A stretch of 64,000 bases of DNA from Eledone cirrhosa (GCA_964016885.1 OZ024743.1:195300001-195364000); one strand, 5' to 3'. Counted from the first letter of the stretch, positions 41,093 to 59,035 are shown. The notes: a model not told the origin generated them from the letters alone. Numbers and translations: made by a program.

Positions 41093-41131
41093 ATTATTAT
41101 TATTATTATTATTATTATTGTTATCGTTATT

Positions 41132-42199
41132 CCTTGAATCTCAGTCATTGATGTTGGTTAACTGGAAAGTCCGTTGGATTGAATATCAAGCCACTACCTG
41201 CAGCCTCAGATATTCAGGACGTATCGGAGGGTTCTTGCCGTTCCAAGCAAGCATGCCTTTTGAAGCGTTCCAAAAAGCGTGAAGGGGCCGATTTTCTTTA
41301 ACCATCCCTGGAAACCTTTGGAGATAGTCCCCAGTGCGCCTATGACAATCGGGATCACTTTGACTTCATGGCAGTTCCAAATCCTTTTCACCTCCCACTT
41401 TAGGTCCTGGTATCGGTTAATTTTCTCCCTCTCCTTCTCTTGCACTCTCGTGTCGAACGGGCAGGCCACATCCACAATCAGGCACGATCATTGTCTGCTT
41501 CCGGTGGTTCCTCCGTTCTCAGGACCTCTTCACCTTCATTTCCCGCCGGCTCGCTTGTCTGGCATACTACACCCGCCATCTCCAAGCCATTCTCTCTGCT
41601 CAGTTCCTCCAGTTCCAGCTCGCTTATCCACCCATTAGTTCTTATTACCCGAGCCTGCCCGGCCAATTTTTGTTCATCTAATTTAAATAAACCAATCTCG
41701 TTCCAGATGTTATGCATCCGTCTCCTGTAGCCCCTCTCCTTGGGGTTACTTTTCAGGTAGCATTGCATAACAGTTCTATTCAATTCTTTCGTCCAGTTGG
41801 TTCTGGCCCCTTTCCTTCTTCTTCTTCCTCCAACATCAGCAGTATTTGGTTGACAGTCAGGTTCCTGCTGCTGAGCCAGGGGGCACCTGTTGGGTGAGAG
41901 TCTGTCACATGACGTTCTAGTCTCCATTTCACCGTTATTCGAACTGTTTATGTTCGATATTTAAACACTCTTATCGAGGATTGGCGAATGTATGTTTACA
42001 TAGCCATCTGTGGATCCGCCATCCCACTTGGCCCTTGTGTGGCATTATCACCACGCTGTATACGGACACACATAAACAAACAAACACACGGGCAGAAAGG
42101 GCCCCAAAAATGAATAAGCATAAGTTTCATTGTAATGTAGTATTCGAATGTCTGACTTAGTTTTTGTTTTTTAAGTTTTACTTTTTCCCCCCTCTTCTC

Positions 42200-42200
<1 letters not shown>
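41132..42200 (-). mobile_element. Family A copy A8, internally deleted (~1.07 kb)
   Basis: 5' UTR and N-terminal coding region are fused to the RLE 3' end at GATC (41486-41489). About 2671 nt are missing relative to A4. Confidence 0.93.
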
Positions 42201-42252
<52 letters not shown>

Positions 42253-42253
<1 letters not shown>

Positions 42254-42327
42254 GTTGAGTCTCAGTCATATATGTTAGTTAACTGGAAAGTTTGTTGAAA
42301 TGAACATCAAGCCACTACCTGCAGCCT
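42253..42327 (-). mobile_element. Family A 3'-UTR-only insertion A9 (75 bp, diverged)
   Basis: Matches the family A 3' UTR with several substitutions; (TAA)n on both sides. Confidence 0.85.
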
Positions 42328-42353
42328 ATTATTATTATTATTATTATTACAGT

Positions 42354-42542
42354 TGCATTTATCTTGCTTTATGTTCATACGAGTTATCACCAAGTCACAA
42401 CCAGTGACCTCAAGAGACAACAAGGTCCGCCATGTTCAAGAAAGAACATACATACTCACACATGCATCTTTAGTGTTTAGACTTGTGATTGACAGAATCT
42501 TCCTTAGTATATGGGCAGTTCCCATTAGTACTATCTTTTGTA

Positions 42543-42546
<4 letters not shown>
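42354..42546 (-). mobile_element. Family B copy B2, 3' end only
   Basis: Near-identical to 21596-21797 (IQKIVLMGTAHILRKILSI + 3' UTR). Confidence 0.92.
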
Positions 42547-42639
<93 letters not shown>

Positions 42640-44686
42640 GTAATAGGTTACCACCATCACCATAGTCATTATTAATTTCATCATTTCAATAAATATACAT
42701 GGATATATTTTATTATTTCAGACAATTGATATTTATTATAACATATTACACTTCTGTGATATCTTGAAAGAGTGGGCATATGAGCCAAAATGTAAATATA
42801 TGTATATATATATGTGTGTGTGTGTGTGTGTATGTGTGTGTGTTTGCGTGTATGCCTGTGTGTGAGTGAGTGCGTGTAAGCTTGTGTTTATATGTATATA
42901 TGTATGGATGTAGGGATGGTTGGAGTATGCATGTTTGCATGCCTGTATGTATGTATGTATGTATGTATGTATGTATACATGTAAATGTTATGCATGCGTG
43001 TGAGATAGTGCGTGTGTGATTAGGGGAGCGTGATATTCCATGAAACAAATCGACTTATAGCTTTTATTCACTATAAGAACTATATTGTTTTTGATGCCCC
43101 GGCGTTCTTGTTGCCTTCACCAGCAGAACGTTGTATTTGGACATTTTTCATTTTCGATGATTGATGTTTTTGTCTGCTGGATATGAAATATCAATCAATA
43201 TACATGATATATTCGTATTACGGTTACGAATGTGTCAGGTCATTTGACCAGTTTTTCAATGTTTAATAACATATATATATAACAGTACACATTCATACTA
43301 GCTACTTTCTCACGGATATGATCATTGTCTGCCTTCAATTTTATTAAAAAATGTTTTTGCGGCTATATGATAATCACTATGTGGGTATTCAATGCTGTCT
43401 GGTAACATAATTGGACTTCAGACTTGTACAATTCTTCAAGCAGAATTTTTGGGGGTTTTTTTAGAAATAAAAATCACCAATATATTTTGATAAACTGTTA
43501 ATACATATTTCATATATATGACTCACTAATGTCTTATAAACTAGATTGTTTTACCGCATGACGTACACGAATATCGCCACGTAATTGAAATTTACCTCAC
43601 AGCTTGAGAAAGAAAAGAAAAACCTGGCAATTTTGAATAACACTCAAAGAATAGCATCCCCAAATGTAATTGACTTGTTTTGGGGAAATACGATTTTTGT
43701 TAAGTAGTAAGATGACAGCTTCAGACAAAACTTCAATTTTGCTGGGGCTCGTCAGTGAAGCATAGCTAATATTTTGCTTAGTTGATCAGTAGATAGATGT
43801 TTATACACTTTTCAACTTTTTCATGTTAATTCTTTGGTGTTTTCACCTGTCTCGTAATTTCTATATGAGCTTACCAGAAAATATTTTAAATCAATTTATT
43901 TCCATCTTCTTGTACCTATCTCTTATACTGCAATGACAGAGTACGGCCGAGGTCACTCGAAATGCTAGATGTTATTGCCAAATATCTTTCAAAACAGTTC
44001 CTTACGTATGTTTAAAAAATGAAGGTTATATTTGATGATTAAGTCTGAAAAGCAGGCTAGTCAAGCAATTTGTGAGAGATCTGCTAGAACAAAAGAGACC
44101 AGTAGTTAAACAATAAAATATTTATCACACACACATATATAAGTGTGCGTGTGCGTGTGTGTCTATGTGTGTGTGTATGTATATATATATATATATATAT
44201 AAACGTTTGTATATGTATAATAAAGCCAAAACAATGCAGGTATGGACATAGAATAAAGAATGCAAATGCAAAAGATATTGTTGACAATTAGTCTTTTACC
44301 TTAGATTTATTTAAATGTCCATGATTTTCGAGATAATATCTCTTCTTCAGAGGGAAGTAAAGCTGTTAATCCAGTGTTCTAAATAGCTTGCCAGGTCATG
44401 CTGACAGGAAATGGTATAGAGTATCTGTTCTATCTCTAAAAGAACGGATACTCTATACCATTTTCTGTCAGCATGACCGGGCAAGCTATTTAGAACACTG
44501 GATTAACAGCTTTACTTCCCTCTGAAGAAGAGATACTATCTCGAAAATCAAGGACATTTAAATAAATCTAAGGTAAAAGACTAATTGTCAACAATATCTT
44601 TTGCATTTGCATTCTTTATTCTATGTCCATACCTGCATTGTTTTGGCTTTATTATACATATACAAACGTTTATACCTCATTACACA

Positions 44687-47268
44687 ATGCTTCAAGTGAA
44701 CTATAACCTCCTCCTTTCCTTACGCCTGAGCCAGGCCCAGTTCACAACTGTAAAGAAACTCTTCCAGCTATCTGAGAGCGCTCCAAAGACGGCTGCCAAC
44801 TAAACTTCCTAAAACGATGCCTGAATAACAACATCATCCCCAAAACTATCAAAAATTTGCACCTACCAACATGCTTCAAATCAGCAGGCCTCAAACGATC
44901 ACTTAGTTACATACAAAAATTCTGCCTAAGAAAACTCATACTACACCTACACCGCACGCTACAACAACACATACGGACTATTTCCAGCCTTGTACCACAA
45001 CTCGCTGAAACCTCAGAACCTCTGTCCAGAGTCATCTCCGCCGCTATAGACAGGTCATACCACCACCGCCGAGACTACGAGAAAATACGTCTAACGCAAA
45101 CATTTCTCAAACTCAGCACGGCCAACCATCTTAACAACATCCCAACTCTAAACACCAACAGAGGCGAACAAGACGGTACCAACACCGAACCTAGCGGCGC
45201 CCCGACCAACAACACACCTGACGCAAAACACCTCGTCACAGACTTGACAGGATCCCTCTCCCGAGAGGAATTAGACTTCCTCAGCCTGGGTCCCAAGTTC
45301 ATATTGAAACAGAGACTGGACGACAAATTATGGCTCGACATAGAAACGAATTTCTGTCGGGCTGCCTACCAACTAAAATGGATATCGACTCTCGGCAACA
45401 ACACTGCGGAATCTAACAAACCCAGATTCCCGATATACCAACTGGATCGCCCACTCTGTCCACCGCCTGCCAACCGCGAGCTTGAAGAAAAATTCTCGAG
45501 GCTAAAACATTCCGTATTTAACATCTTACGGAAACAGAAGAAGATAGCCCCAAACCTCTCCAGGACACAAGAACTCGCCCTGAAGAACCTACGGAATAGG
45601 GAACTTTTATACTTACCATCCGACAAAGGTAAAGAGTTTTGCGTCATCTCTCAAGCCACATACAACAACCTAGCCTTTGAACACTTAAGCGACAATGAAT
45701 TATATACAGAGATCCCAGACATGACTGCAGCCCAGATCGAAAAACAGACCAAATCCATCTGGTTCGATATCTGTAGGAGAAGACAACTCCCAAATAAAGT
45801 TAAGCTCAACTACACCACTAGAAATAGCAGACTGCCCACTTTCTACCACCTCATCAAGACCCACAAGAATAGTACTAAGACGCAAATAAGACCCATCGTC
45901 TCTAGCATAGAAGGACCCCTATACAAAATTTCCTGGCTCCTCTCCCAGGTCCTCAAGCCTCTACTCTCTACCTTTCCCGGGCATGTCAGTAGCTCCGACG
46001 AAGTTATACGTAGACTACACCAACTCCAGCCAGGACAACTTAAACTAAATAGATACGCCTTTAGCCTCGACGTTGTCTCCCTCTACACTACAGTCCCCGC
46101 TCATCCAGCTGTCGATTCATTGACGGACTGCGTGGTCGCAGAGGACATCCATTGCTACGGCCTCCACCCGACGGACATACACCAGCTTTTGTCCTTCACA
46201 GTAGACAACACGTACTTCACCTTCCACCACCACACATACAGACAGACAACTGGATTACCATGGGATCCAGCCTATCGGGCCTGCTGGCCATCACCTACAT
46301 GAACCAGCTAGAATGCCGAGGCCTCAACACCTGCCATTCCCATACATTCTTCACCCGATATGTAGATGACATACTCATCCTTATATCATCCCGTGAGGAG
46401 GCATATAAAATATACACAACATTCTCCAGCATGGACGCCAGTATAAAGTTCAGCATGGAACACCCCGATGACCGTGGATCCCTATCCTGCTGGACTTCCA
46501 ACTCAGGGTAACAAAGGAGCGCAACATCCACACCTGCTTCTATAAAAAAAAGCCGCCAGCAGGGACCTGTTCGTACATTTCAGATCGGCCCTCCCAGCCG
46601 GCGCTAAGTTCGGATACATAAGGAACGAACTAACACGTATCCGGAACAAATGCACCGACGCTAGAGACCGAGGCACACACACACCACACATTTCCTGGAA
46701 GTACTCAAACTGAACGGATAGACGACATCCACCACACAAACCGTGCCAGAAAGAACAGAGGACACCACACCCGAGGCACAAACACTGGCTTCCTGAAGCT
46801 CCCACACTTCAGTGAAGAAACAACAACAGCCATCCGCAGAACTATCAGACGAGAGGGACTAGATATCCAACTGGCCCACTCAGGTCCTTCTCTACGCGGA
46901 CAGCTAACCAAAAGACACTCTACCAGACATGAAAACTGCTGCAGACTAGCCAACTGACCCATTAACGACACAAACCTATGTCACCAAGCTTACGTCGTAT
47001 ACAGACTAGAGTGTGGCAAATGCAACAACTTCTACGTAGGTAGCACCACCAGACCACTCCACATAAGAATAAAAGAACACCTCAATACTAACGCTTCCTC
47101 ATTTAAGAAACACCTAGTTAAATGCAAAAACACCGACAAAACCATAACAGTGAGGATAGAAACTAAGGAAAGAAACCTCGGCAATCTTAGAATTAAGGAA
47201 GCACTAATTATAGACAAAACACAACCACCAATCAATAATAGACTAGAACTCAACACCCAATTTATAAC
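44687..47268 (+). pseudogene. PLE polyprotein (RT + C-terminal GIY-YIG endonuclease), with stops and frameshifts
   Basis: LSLGPKF, SDKG, FYHLIKTHK, IRPIVS, FSLDVVSLYT, MGSSLS, RYVDD, VVYRLECGKCNNFYVGSTTRPLHIRIKEH. Confidence 0.9.
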
Positions 47269-47676
47269 TTTATAGAGCTTCTAGCCCCATATTTACACCC
47301 CCCCACACACGCACACACGCATGCACACACACACACACACGCTTACACCTCCACTTATTCTCTCTCACACATACACACACAGAACCAATTCTAACACGAG
47401 ATAACATCTATCCCCCACATCTACGTATCGACATATCTTCTGACACTCACACACAGACACACTCACATACTTACACCTTCATGCATTCTCCCACACACTT
47501 AAACAGGAATGTACAACCCCCCCCCCCCCCCCAAAAAAAACCTTTTAAAGGGAGACTACTCTTTATCCACCTAATCTTAACACTTTGACATTAGAGGTAG
47601 AACAGATACTCTATACCATTTCCTGTCAGTATGACTTGGCAAGCTATTTAGAACACTGGATTAACAGCTTTACATC

Positions 47677-47711
47677 CCTCTGAAGAAGAGATATTATCTC
47701 GAAAATTAAGG
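47677..47711 (+). ncRNA. Minimal hammerhead-like motif in the pLTR (also at 44519-44553 and inverted at ~44318-44353)
   Basis: CCT-CTGAAGA-A-GAGAT att ATCTC-GAA-AATT-A-AGG: canonical core, 5-bp stem II, palindromic AATT stem III, only a 3-bp stem I. The other two copies read AATC. Confidence 0.55.
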
Positions 47712-47852
47712 ACATTTAAATAAATCTAAGGTAAAAGACTAATTGTCAACAATATCTTTTGCATTTGCATTTTTTATTCTATGTCCATACCTGCATTGTT
47801 TTGGCTTTATTATACATATACAATATATATATAAATTGATAGATACACGCAC

Positions 47853-48582
<730 letters not shown>

Positions 48583-48666
48583 TATTACACGGCTCAGAAA
48601 TACTTCTTTCTTTGAGCTATTTCATTGTAAAAGACTGCCTGAGTTTTGAACTCATTATTATTGATA

Positions 48667-48708
<42 letters not shown>

Positions 48709-50235
48709 TTTAACGAAAGAGAGAAAGAGAGGATAAACGGAGGAGATTTGTAGCTATATATTCATGTATGTACATATAGTTGCCTTTTTTACAATACATA
48801 TGTTGTGCGTGAAAATATGTATAATACAGCTTTATCCAACCTTTGAATGAATGTAGACAGTAAGCGTAGAATGTATGTCAAATTAGTATCTAAATATGTG
48901 AAAATATAATTTCTATTCTAAAGCTATGACGAAGAAAACGTTTCTTTGGCTGGTTAACGCATTCCATCGAAAGAGGACACTTCTTGATTTTATTTTTGTC
49001 ACTCTATTTCTTGCTGCAAATTATAGTAATTTTTCATTTAACCGTTAACATTTTCTGTATTTATTTTCTTTTTTTTCTCCGACACAAACTTTCTTCACAC
49101 TTGAATATTTCGACTATGTTTAAAAATATATGTTTTTATCAAATTATTTCAAAATGAATTTGCTTTATTCGAAATTCCTTATTAAATTCTTCAAATTTCA
49201 TTTTTCCTCTAAAATACTTTTGCTTTTTTTAATTTCTTATCCCGCCTTACTGTTTTCATGAATGGTCTCCTACTTTTAAAAGTTTTAGGACAAATTGTTT
49301 ATTCAATATTTTTGGCTTCACTCTTTATTGCTTATAAATTTACTTATTCATTGACGTTTTATATAATAAAACTTACATTTCAATTCATATAGATGTTTAC
49401 TTTCTTTGTATTCATTCTCTATTTTGTTACTGCATCGAGTAGGTCTGCATACATGTTTAGACACGTACTGATGTCAATAACAAAAATATCAATGCGATTT
49501 GCTAACAGATTCTTAAACAATCATTGGTAAAACATTAAAAACTGCAAAGATTTTCGTCCTGAATATTTCCCCAAAATTATAAGAAAATAAGATATGTATA
49601 TAATTTAATTTTAGTTATCATGCAAGTTAAATAAGTTTATCTAAATTGAGTTTGACTATGAATATTTATAGAGTTGAAAAGACTTGGCTTTACTAAGTAT
49701 GATTTTCAAATACAACTACTTGGAGATCTGTGATATATTAGCATAATATATTTCAATGTAGAGACAAGCAGATTTACTGCAAAATATTTTGTCTGCAAAC
49801 TTGTTAAATCAAATATGTTCAACATTTATATAATGTAGACATACTTTAATAACTTACAAAGCTAAAGCAATAGCTCTCACAACAACAGGCGGATTTGTTA
49901 TTTCGATTATTAATTTTGAGAGATATATATTACATAGATTAATATTCTCAGGGAACCCAATCACCGTAGTAAATAAATAAAAAATGTGATACATATTACT
50001 TTGATAGTTAATACCATTCACGGCTTACTGGTTATTTTTCCTACTAGCGTTTTATGATATATGCGTACAAGTGATAGTTTATAATATGCATACATAACCT
50101 TCATAAAGTGAAACACTGAGTAACATCTATTGGTTACCGTTACCTTCAAACCCAGAATAGCCACAGAGAGATTACTTAGATAGAGATAATATATAATATT
50201 CGATATTTCGTGTTTGTATACACAGACATACGGAT

Positions 50236-50311
<76 letters not shown>

Positions 50312-50314
<3 letters not shown>

Positions 50315-50711
50315 TTAAAAGAATAGAGGTGTAGCACACAAGTTATTGTATATTGGTAAATGGAATAGAAAATGCTGACAAATTGTTGACAGTTGAAAAA
50401 TGGTTTAATTAGGAATAAAAGAGTATTAGTGATTGTATGGGTTAGTATTCAGTTGTGGTTTTAAGTTTTTAAGTTTTTACCGGTTGCGCATTTCTAAATG
50501 CTTTTCAAAAATAATTTTGAGATAGAGTGTCCGTGCTGTTTGCTCTGATCTGATTAGTTTTGGGAATTCTACCTGTTTTTATGTTAAAAAAGTGGCTCCA
50601 GGAAAAATTCTTGGTCAAAACAATTTTGATTGGTCGGTAGAGGTCATGTGGATAAAAAATTGGTTTTGCGCCAAGATTGAGAAATGACTCTTTCACAACA
50701 AATATGTGTGT

Positions 50712-50789
<78 letters not shown>

Positions 50790-50863
50790 AGTAGTAGTAG
50801 TAGTAAGGTGTTCGATGCTGCGACAATGGCCAGCAGCGATGTGTGTCAAATGGCTATTAAGAT

Positions 50864-50903
<40 letters not shown>

Positions 50904-52401
50904 ATAGCAGAGTAATTCGATGGTCAGTAAGAATGTGTCTGAAAGCAATGGGGGGTATTTTAGCATGTCAAAAGATATTTTTCAGCTTTTGTCTTATACG
51001 GAGAAGTGCGTGTGTGTGTGTGTGTGTGTGTATAAGTCTCTTTGTATGTTGATATACGCGTGTGTATGTGTTTGTGTATATATGTGTGTGTGTGTGTGTG
51101 GGGGGGGGGGTGGACCAGTATTTTTTCCCCCTGGTAAAATGGTGTACACTATTCGATTTTTTCAGTAAAATCGGTTCTCTTAATAGAACATCAAAAATCT
51201 TAACAATAAAAGGTGTGAAATGATATTCATTATATATATATACACATACATATATTCACTACATATATATATATATATATATACATATATACATACATAT
51301 ATATGCACATATATTTTTTTGTATTGCACCATAGAGCATGTGTGTTTACGTGTGTCATTGTGTTTATATGTGGGTAGAGATGTGTGCTGATGTAGGTATG
51401 TATGTTGACGTGTGTATGTTGTGGGTTCGTCTTAGGGAGAAGTGTTTAGACGGGGTCCGTATTTTTTAATGAAGTAAGATTCCTTGCTGATGCGCTGGGT
51501 GTGGGTGGCATTATCTTTAAATTTGTAGAGGGGAAAGATTCTGAAGTTGGGATGATTTTGGGCGGCACAGGTATCAATGTGTTCACTCAGTGGTATTTTC
51601 CTGTATTCCCGTATTTTAATTTGGGATCTATGGACAGTCATGCGTTGGCGGAGGCTGCTTTTGGTCTGGCCTATGTATTGTTCTCGACAACCTGAACAAG
51701 TTAATACATATATTAGATTTTCCGATGCACATGTGAAATTGTGTTTTACTATAAAACGTTGTCCATCTTTGAAATAGAATTCCGAACCCTCTATTAGGTT
51801 GATGCAAATGCCACAGTTGGGTCTATCGCATTTTTTTACTGTGGGTTTCGTTGTTGTGGTTGGCAGTACTTTGGCATGTGTTAAGATGTTTTTCATTGAC
51901 TTGGATTGTCTTTTGCTCTTTATGATATCGTGTGTTCGTAGAATTTGGTTCATTCTATGGTCCTTTTTCAATACAGGGATGTTCTGGAGGATGGTGTCAA
52001 AGGCCTCATTGTTGAGGGGGTTGTGTGTGGAGATGTATGGAAGAGCTTTTAGTTTTGGTTGATTTACTTTAGGGTGTCTAAGGTCCTGGGTACTGAGTTT
52101 TAGGGCACGTTGGATTCCATTGTCAATTAGTGATGCAGGGTAGTCCCTGCCTATGAGTGTGTCCTTTAGTTCTTGTAGCCGTAAGTAGCAGATGTTTTTA
52201 TTGGAGACTATAGTACAGATTCTCTTGGCTAAGTTTTAGGGAATATTAATTTTAACGTGTCTAGGGTGGCAAGAGTTGAAGGGGAGATATTGCTTGGAGT
52301 CTGTGGGCTTGTAGTATATGTCTGTTTCTATTTTTTTGTTATGGATCTTAATGAGGATGTCGAGGAAGGGGAGTTGTTGATGGCTGTATTCCATCGTGAA
52401 G
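50312..52401 (-). mobile_element. Neptune-like PLE copy N1, 5'-truncated
   Basis: Reverse complement of ~56719-58867. ORF end 51971-51432 encodes the CDRPNCGIC linker and LIYVLTCSGCREQYIGQT GIY-YIG domain. 3' end abuts (TA)n. Confidence 0.92.
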
Positions 52402-52415
52402 TTAATATTGTGTGT

Positions 52416-52479
52416 GTGTGTATGAAGAGCAGTTACATTTTTTCCAAGTATCTTTTATCGACAATGCAAATATACATAT

Positions 52480-52534
<55 letters not shown>

Positions 52535-52561
52535 TGTATATATATTCGTGAGTGAATAATA

Positions 52562-52601
<40 letters not shown>

Positions 52602-52726
52602 CTCTCTCTCTCTATATATATATATACATATGTCTGTGTGTGGCGGGGGGGTATGTTTGTTTGTGTGTGTGTGTATGAAGAGCAGTTACATTTTTTCCAA
52701 GTATCTTTTATCGAAAATGCAAATAT
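52416..52726. repeat. ~55-bp direct repeat bracketing a microsatellite block
   Basis: GTGTGTATGAAGAGCAGTTACATTTTTTCCAAGTATCTTTTATCGA(C/A)AATGCAAATA at ~52416 and ~52670. Confidence 0.85.
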
Positions 52727-54263
52727 GCCACCATTTTATCAGTCATATTTCATATCTTTTCAACATTCTTATGAAAGTATAATATTTTTTATGAAAACAT
52801 TCATCTAAAGCAATTATAAAAACCAGATAAGAAAATATAAGAAATCCTAAATAGAAATGGTAACACAAGGACGTAATCTCGTTTTCAGTAAAACTCACAG
52901 ACAAGCGCGCATATATAATACACATGGGCGAACATATGCAGAGCCATGTTGTCGGGGATTTTAAATCTGATATACTAAAATATCAGAAATCGATAATACG
53001 ATCACATGCGCCTAACGTATTAAAGTTTATGTGAGTATTTAATGATTTATATTATAGATACTCTGTTGTAGGCGATTTCCCAAATAGTTATATATATATT
53101 TTTGGTAACTTACAAACACTCGATATTTAAATTATGCTTTCAAATGAAAACACAAAATAGTGCAATAATGTGTAACTAAGAAATATACAAATAGCCAGTG
53201 ACCATAATATATTAATTTGGATTAAAAACTATTTCTAATATATATTCAGTAAATACATTTACGTGCACATGCTCTTTATTATCTACATTTATTCAAGTAA
53301 GAAACCACTATCTGGAAGGCCTGCTGTCTCAATAGCAAAATATAGCACACGAAATTTTAATAAGATCAAAAACTCCAATAAGTTACACATCAAAAGCACG
53401 TTTGGATTTTAAAGTTAAACCCAGTTACTTCCTGGAAAACCTGTTACCATTCTAGATATTTTTCAGTGGACGTAATATTTGGTTGGTGCTCTCAAACATC
53501 TTCTATAGTTGCAGCTTTTATCATATATTTCGATGTATTTTAAGTAACGAAAGTGTTGAAGTCTATTGATCACAATTGACTAACTATATTTTGCAGCAAT
53601 TTCCAATGCCTGGCATAAGCGAAAATATATTTTTAACCACTAACATTTCAGATGAGAACGTAATACACCTAGGACTTAATGTTTCTTTTATATATCTTGA
53701 TTGGTTTCACCTAGGTAGTTATATCAACTACGTTTCTGTCTTAAATCAATATTCGATTATTTCAGTTATTTTTAGTAGAATCCTTATGCCCTTCCTATCC
53801 TAACAAGAAAGTTCAAGTCAATTAGACGTCCAGTTAACATAGTTTGCCTTACATTTTGTAATATCACATATATTGATTGAAATAAGTGGAAGTTGTTTAG
53901 GAGAAAGAGGACCGAATGTCTATACTTAGAATTAGATTTGCTTCAAATAAATTGGATGTGAAGCACTTTTCTTTTGGTCAATGGTACTTCGAATATTTGA
54001 GTAAAGTTTTATTTTCGTATGACCAATAACTTTTCATCAGTATTATACAAACTGGATTTAGATTTAATGATAGTTTTCCTAATTGGAGAACTTCTTACAA
54101 TCATTCTGATGCATTTTCCTTCAAAATATGTTTTTAGATTGCAAACAGTATTTATGTTATTATTTGGATAATGGCTTATGGATGTAAAAGATAATGATAA
54201 ATAATTTGTTCATACAATTGTTAACATTCCATATGTATTAAGACAGCATTATATTAAATAATA

Positions 54264-54455
54264 GGGCGGTGAATTGGCAGTATCGGTAGAGGGTTGGACG
54301 CCATGCTTTCTAGCATAGTTACGTCCCTTTACAGTCTGAGTTCAAATCCCGCCGAGGTTAACTTTGCCTTTCATCCTTACGGGGTCGATAAAATAAAGTA
54401 CCAGTAATGTACTGGGTAATTTGCTGGCCTTGTGCCTAAAGTAGAAACAATTATA
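54264..54455 (+). mobile_element. tRNA-derived OK-like SINE, complete
   Basis: GGCGGTGAATTGGCAGTATCGGTAG (A box), GAGTTCAAATCCC (B box), core TTTGCCTTTCATCCTTACGGGGTCGATAAAATAAAGTACCAG and tail CCTTGTGCC..GAAACAATTAT. Confidence 0.8.
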
Positions 54456-55584
54456 TTAAATAATATTACAACGAATCCTTTTTATTTTCATTTCACTTTC
54501 TAAACTGTGGAAACGGAATTAAAAAAGCATTAATTAAATACATTTTCTTTTTCTACATGAACTAATATATATCATTCGCGTAAATTGTTCATGCTATTCT
54601 GTTTACATGATGTATCATTTGCCTTTTCTTACAACAAGCATTGAAAACGTTAAAATGTAAACCTAATTGTCAATCCGAATGGATATTTTCAAATGTGATG
54701 AAATGACCAATGTTAGAGAAATATTTCACATATTATAACGTTATTTTGGCCTACATTTTCAAAGTGTCTGGCTTACGTTCACTGATTTAGAAAACTTTCA
54801 AATGCCAACATACTTTGTGCAGCCTCTGACCGTATAGTTGACACATCAAGAACGTATAATGAGAGAGCACTTAACTTTGAATACATCATCATTAAAATAG
54901 CTGATGAATTAATCTTTGTTAGAAGTGAATAAATATTTCTTGTTGAATTGAATAAATACGGTTAAGAATGCACTGCAGTTTAGCAACATATGTTTATTCC
55001 GAATATTTCTCTTTTTGACTTCTAAAGCTACACAAACAACATAAACTGTTAATGTCTATGACTTTTAGACGGCTTATTCATGAACCCACTATGTACAAAG
55101 CATTTAAATGTTAATGTATGATTTTATAGGCTCACCCTTAACCTAAATCAACTACAACATCATCCGTGATTCAGTTTGAATACATTATTCCATAAAACAT
55201 TTTTGAAGTTTCAATGATAGATGTAGATCAGGCCAACTTTACTTTACATCAGAGTTATTTAGTCATAAATATCGTTTACACTCAATACGAATACCTAAAT
55301 ATCAAACATATTATCATCTAGAGAGTAGCAAGGACTTTTTTCCTTACAGACATTAAACTAGCAAACTGTTGAATAATTTCTTATTTATAATATTACTAAA
55401 AGGAATAGGTTTAATAACATAATAATTTTTATTGTATATAATTTACCAAGAAAATTAGAGTAGACTTTCGATCTTGTTTAATAAGACTATTTCTTAATTT
55501 CGCCCACACGCATACACATACTCCTTTAAATATGTATGTGTGTATATTTATATGTATATATGTATATATATATATATGTATATA

Positions 55585-59035
<3,451 letters not shown>

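Larger units (their letters stand above)
44200..47822 (+). mobile_element. Penelope-like element with inverted 5' pLTR, inserted in (TA)n
   Basis: pLTR (~225 bp) inverted at 44201-44430 and direct at 44440-44671 and 47599-47822, enclosing an RT + GIY-YIG ORF. Confidence 0.92.

Noticed and set aside
41930-42000. HDV-like ribozyme in the family A 5' UTR (TCCTCG motif)
   Set aside because: P3, the P1.1 GG and the catalytic junction do not fit; kept only as a generic structured-RNA finding.
54264-54352. tRNA gene
   Set aside because: A/B-box-like motifs belong to a SINE head; no cloverleaf.
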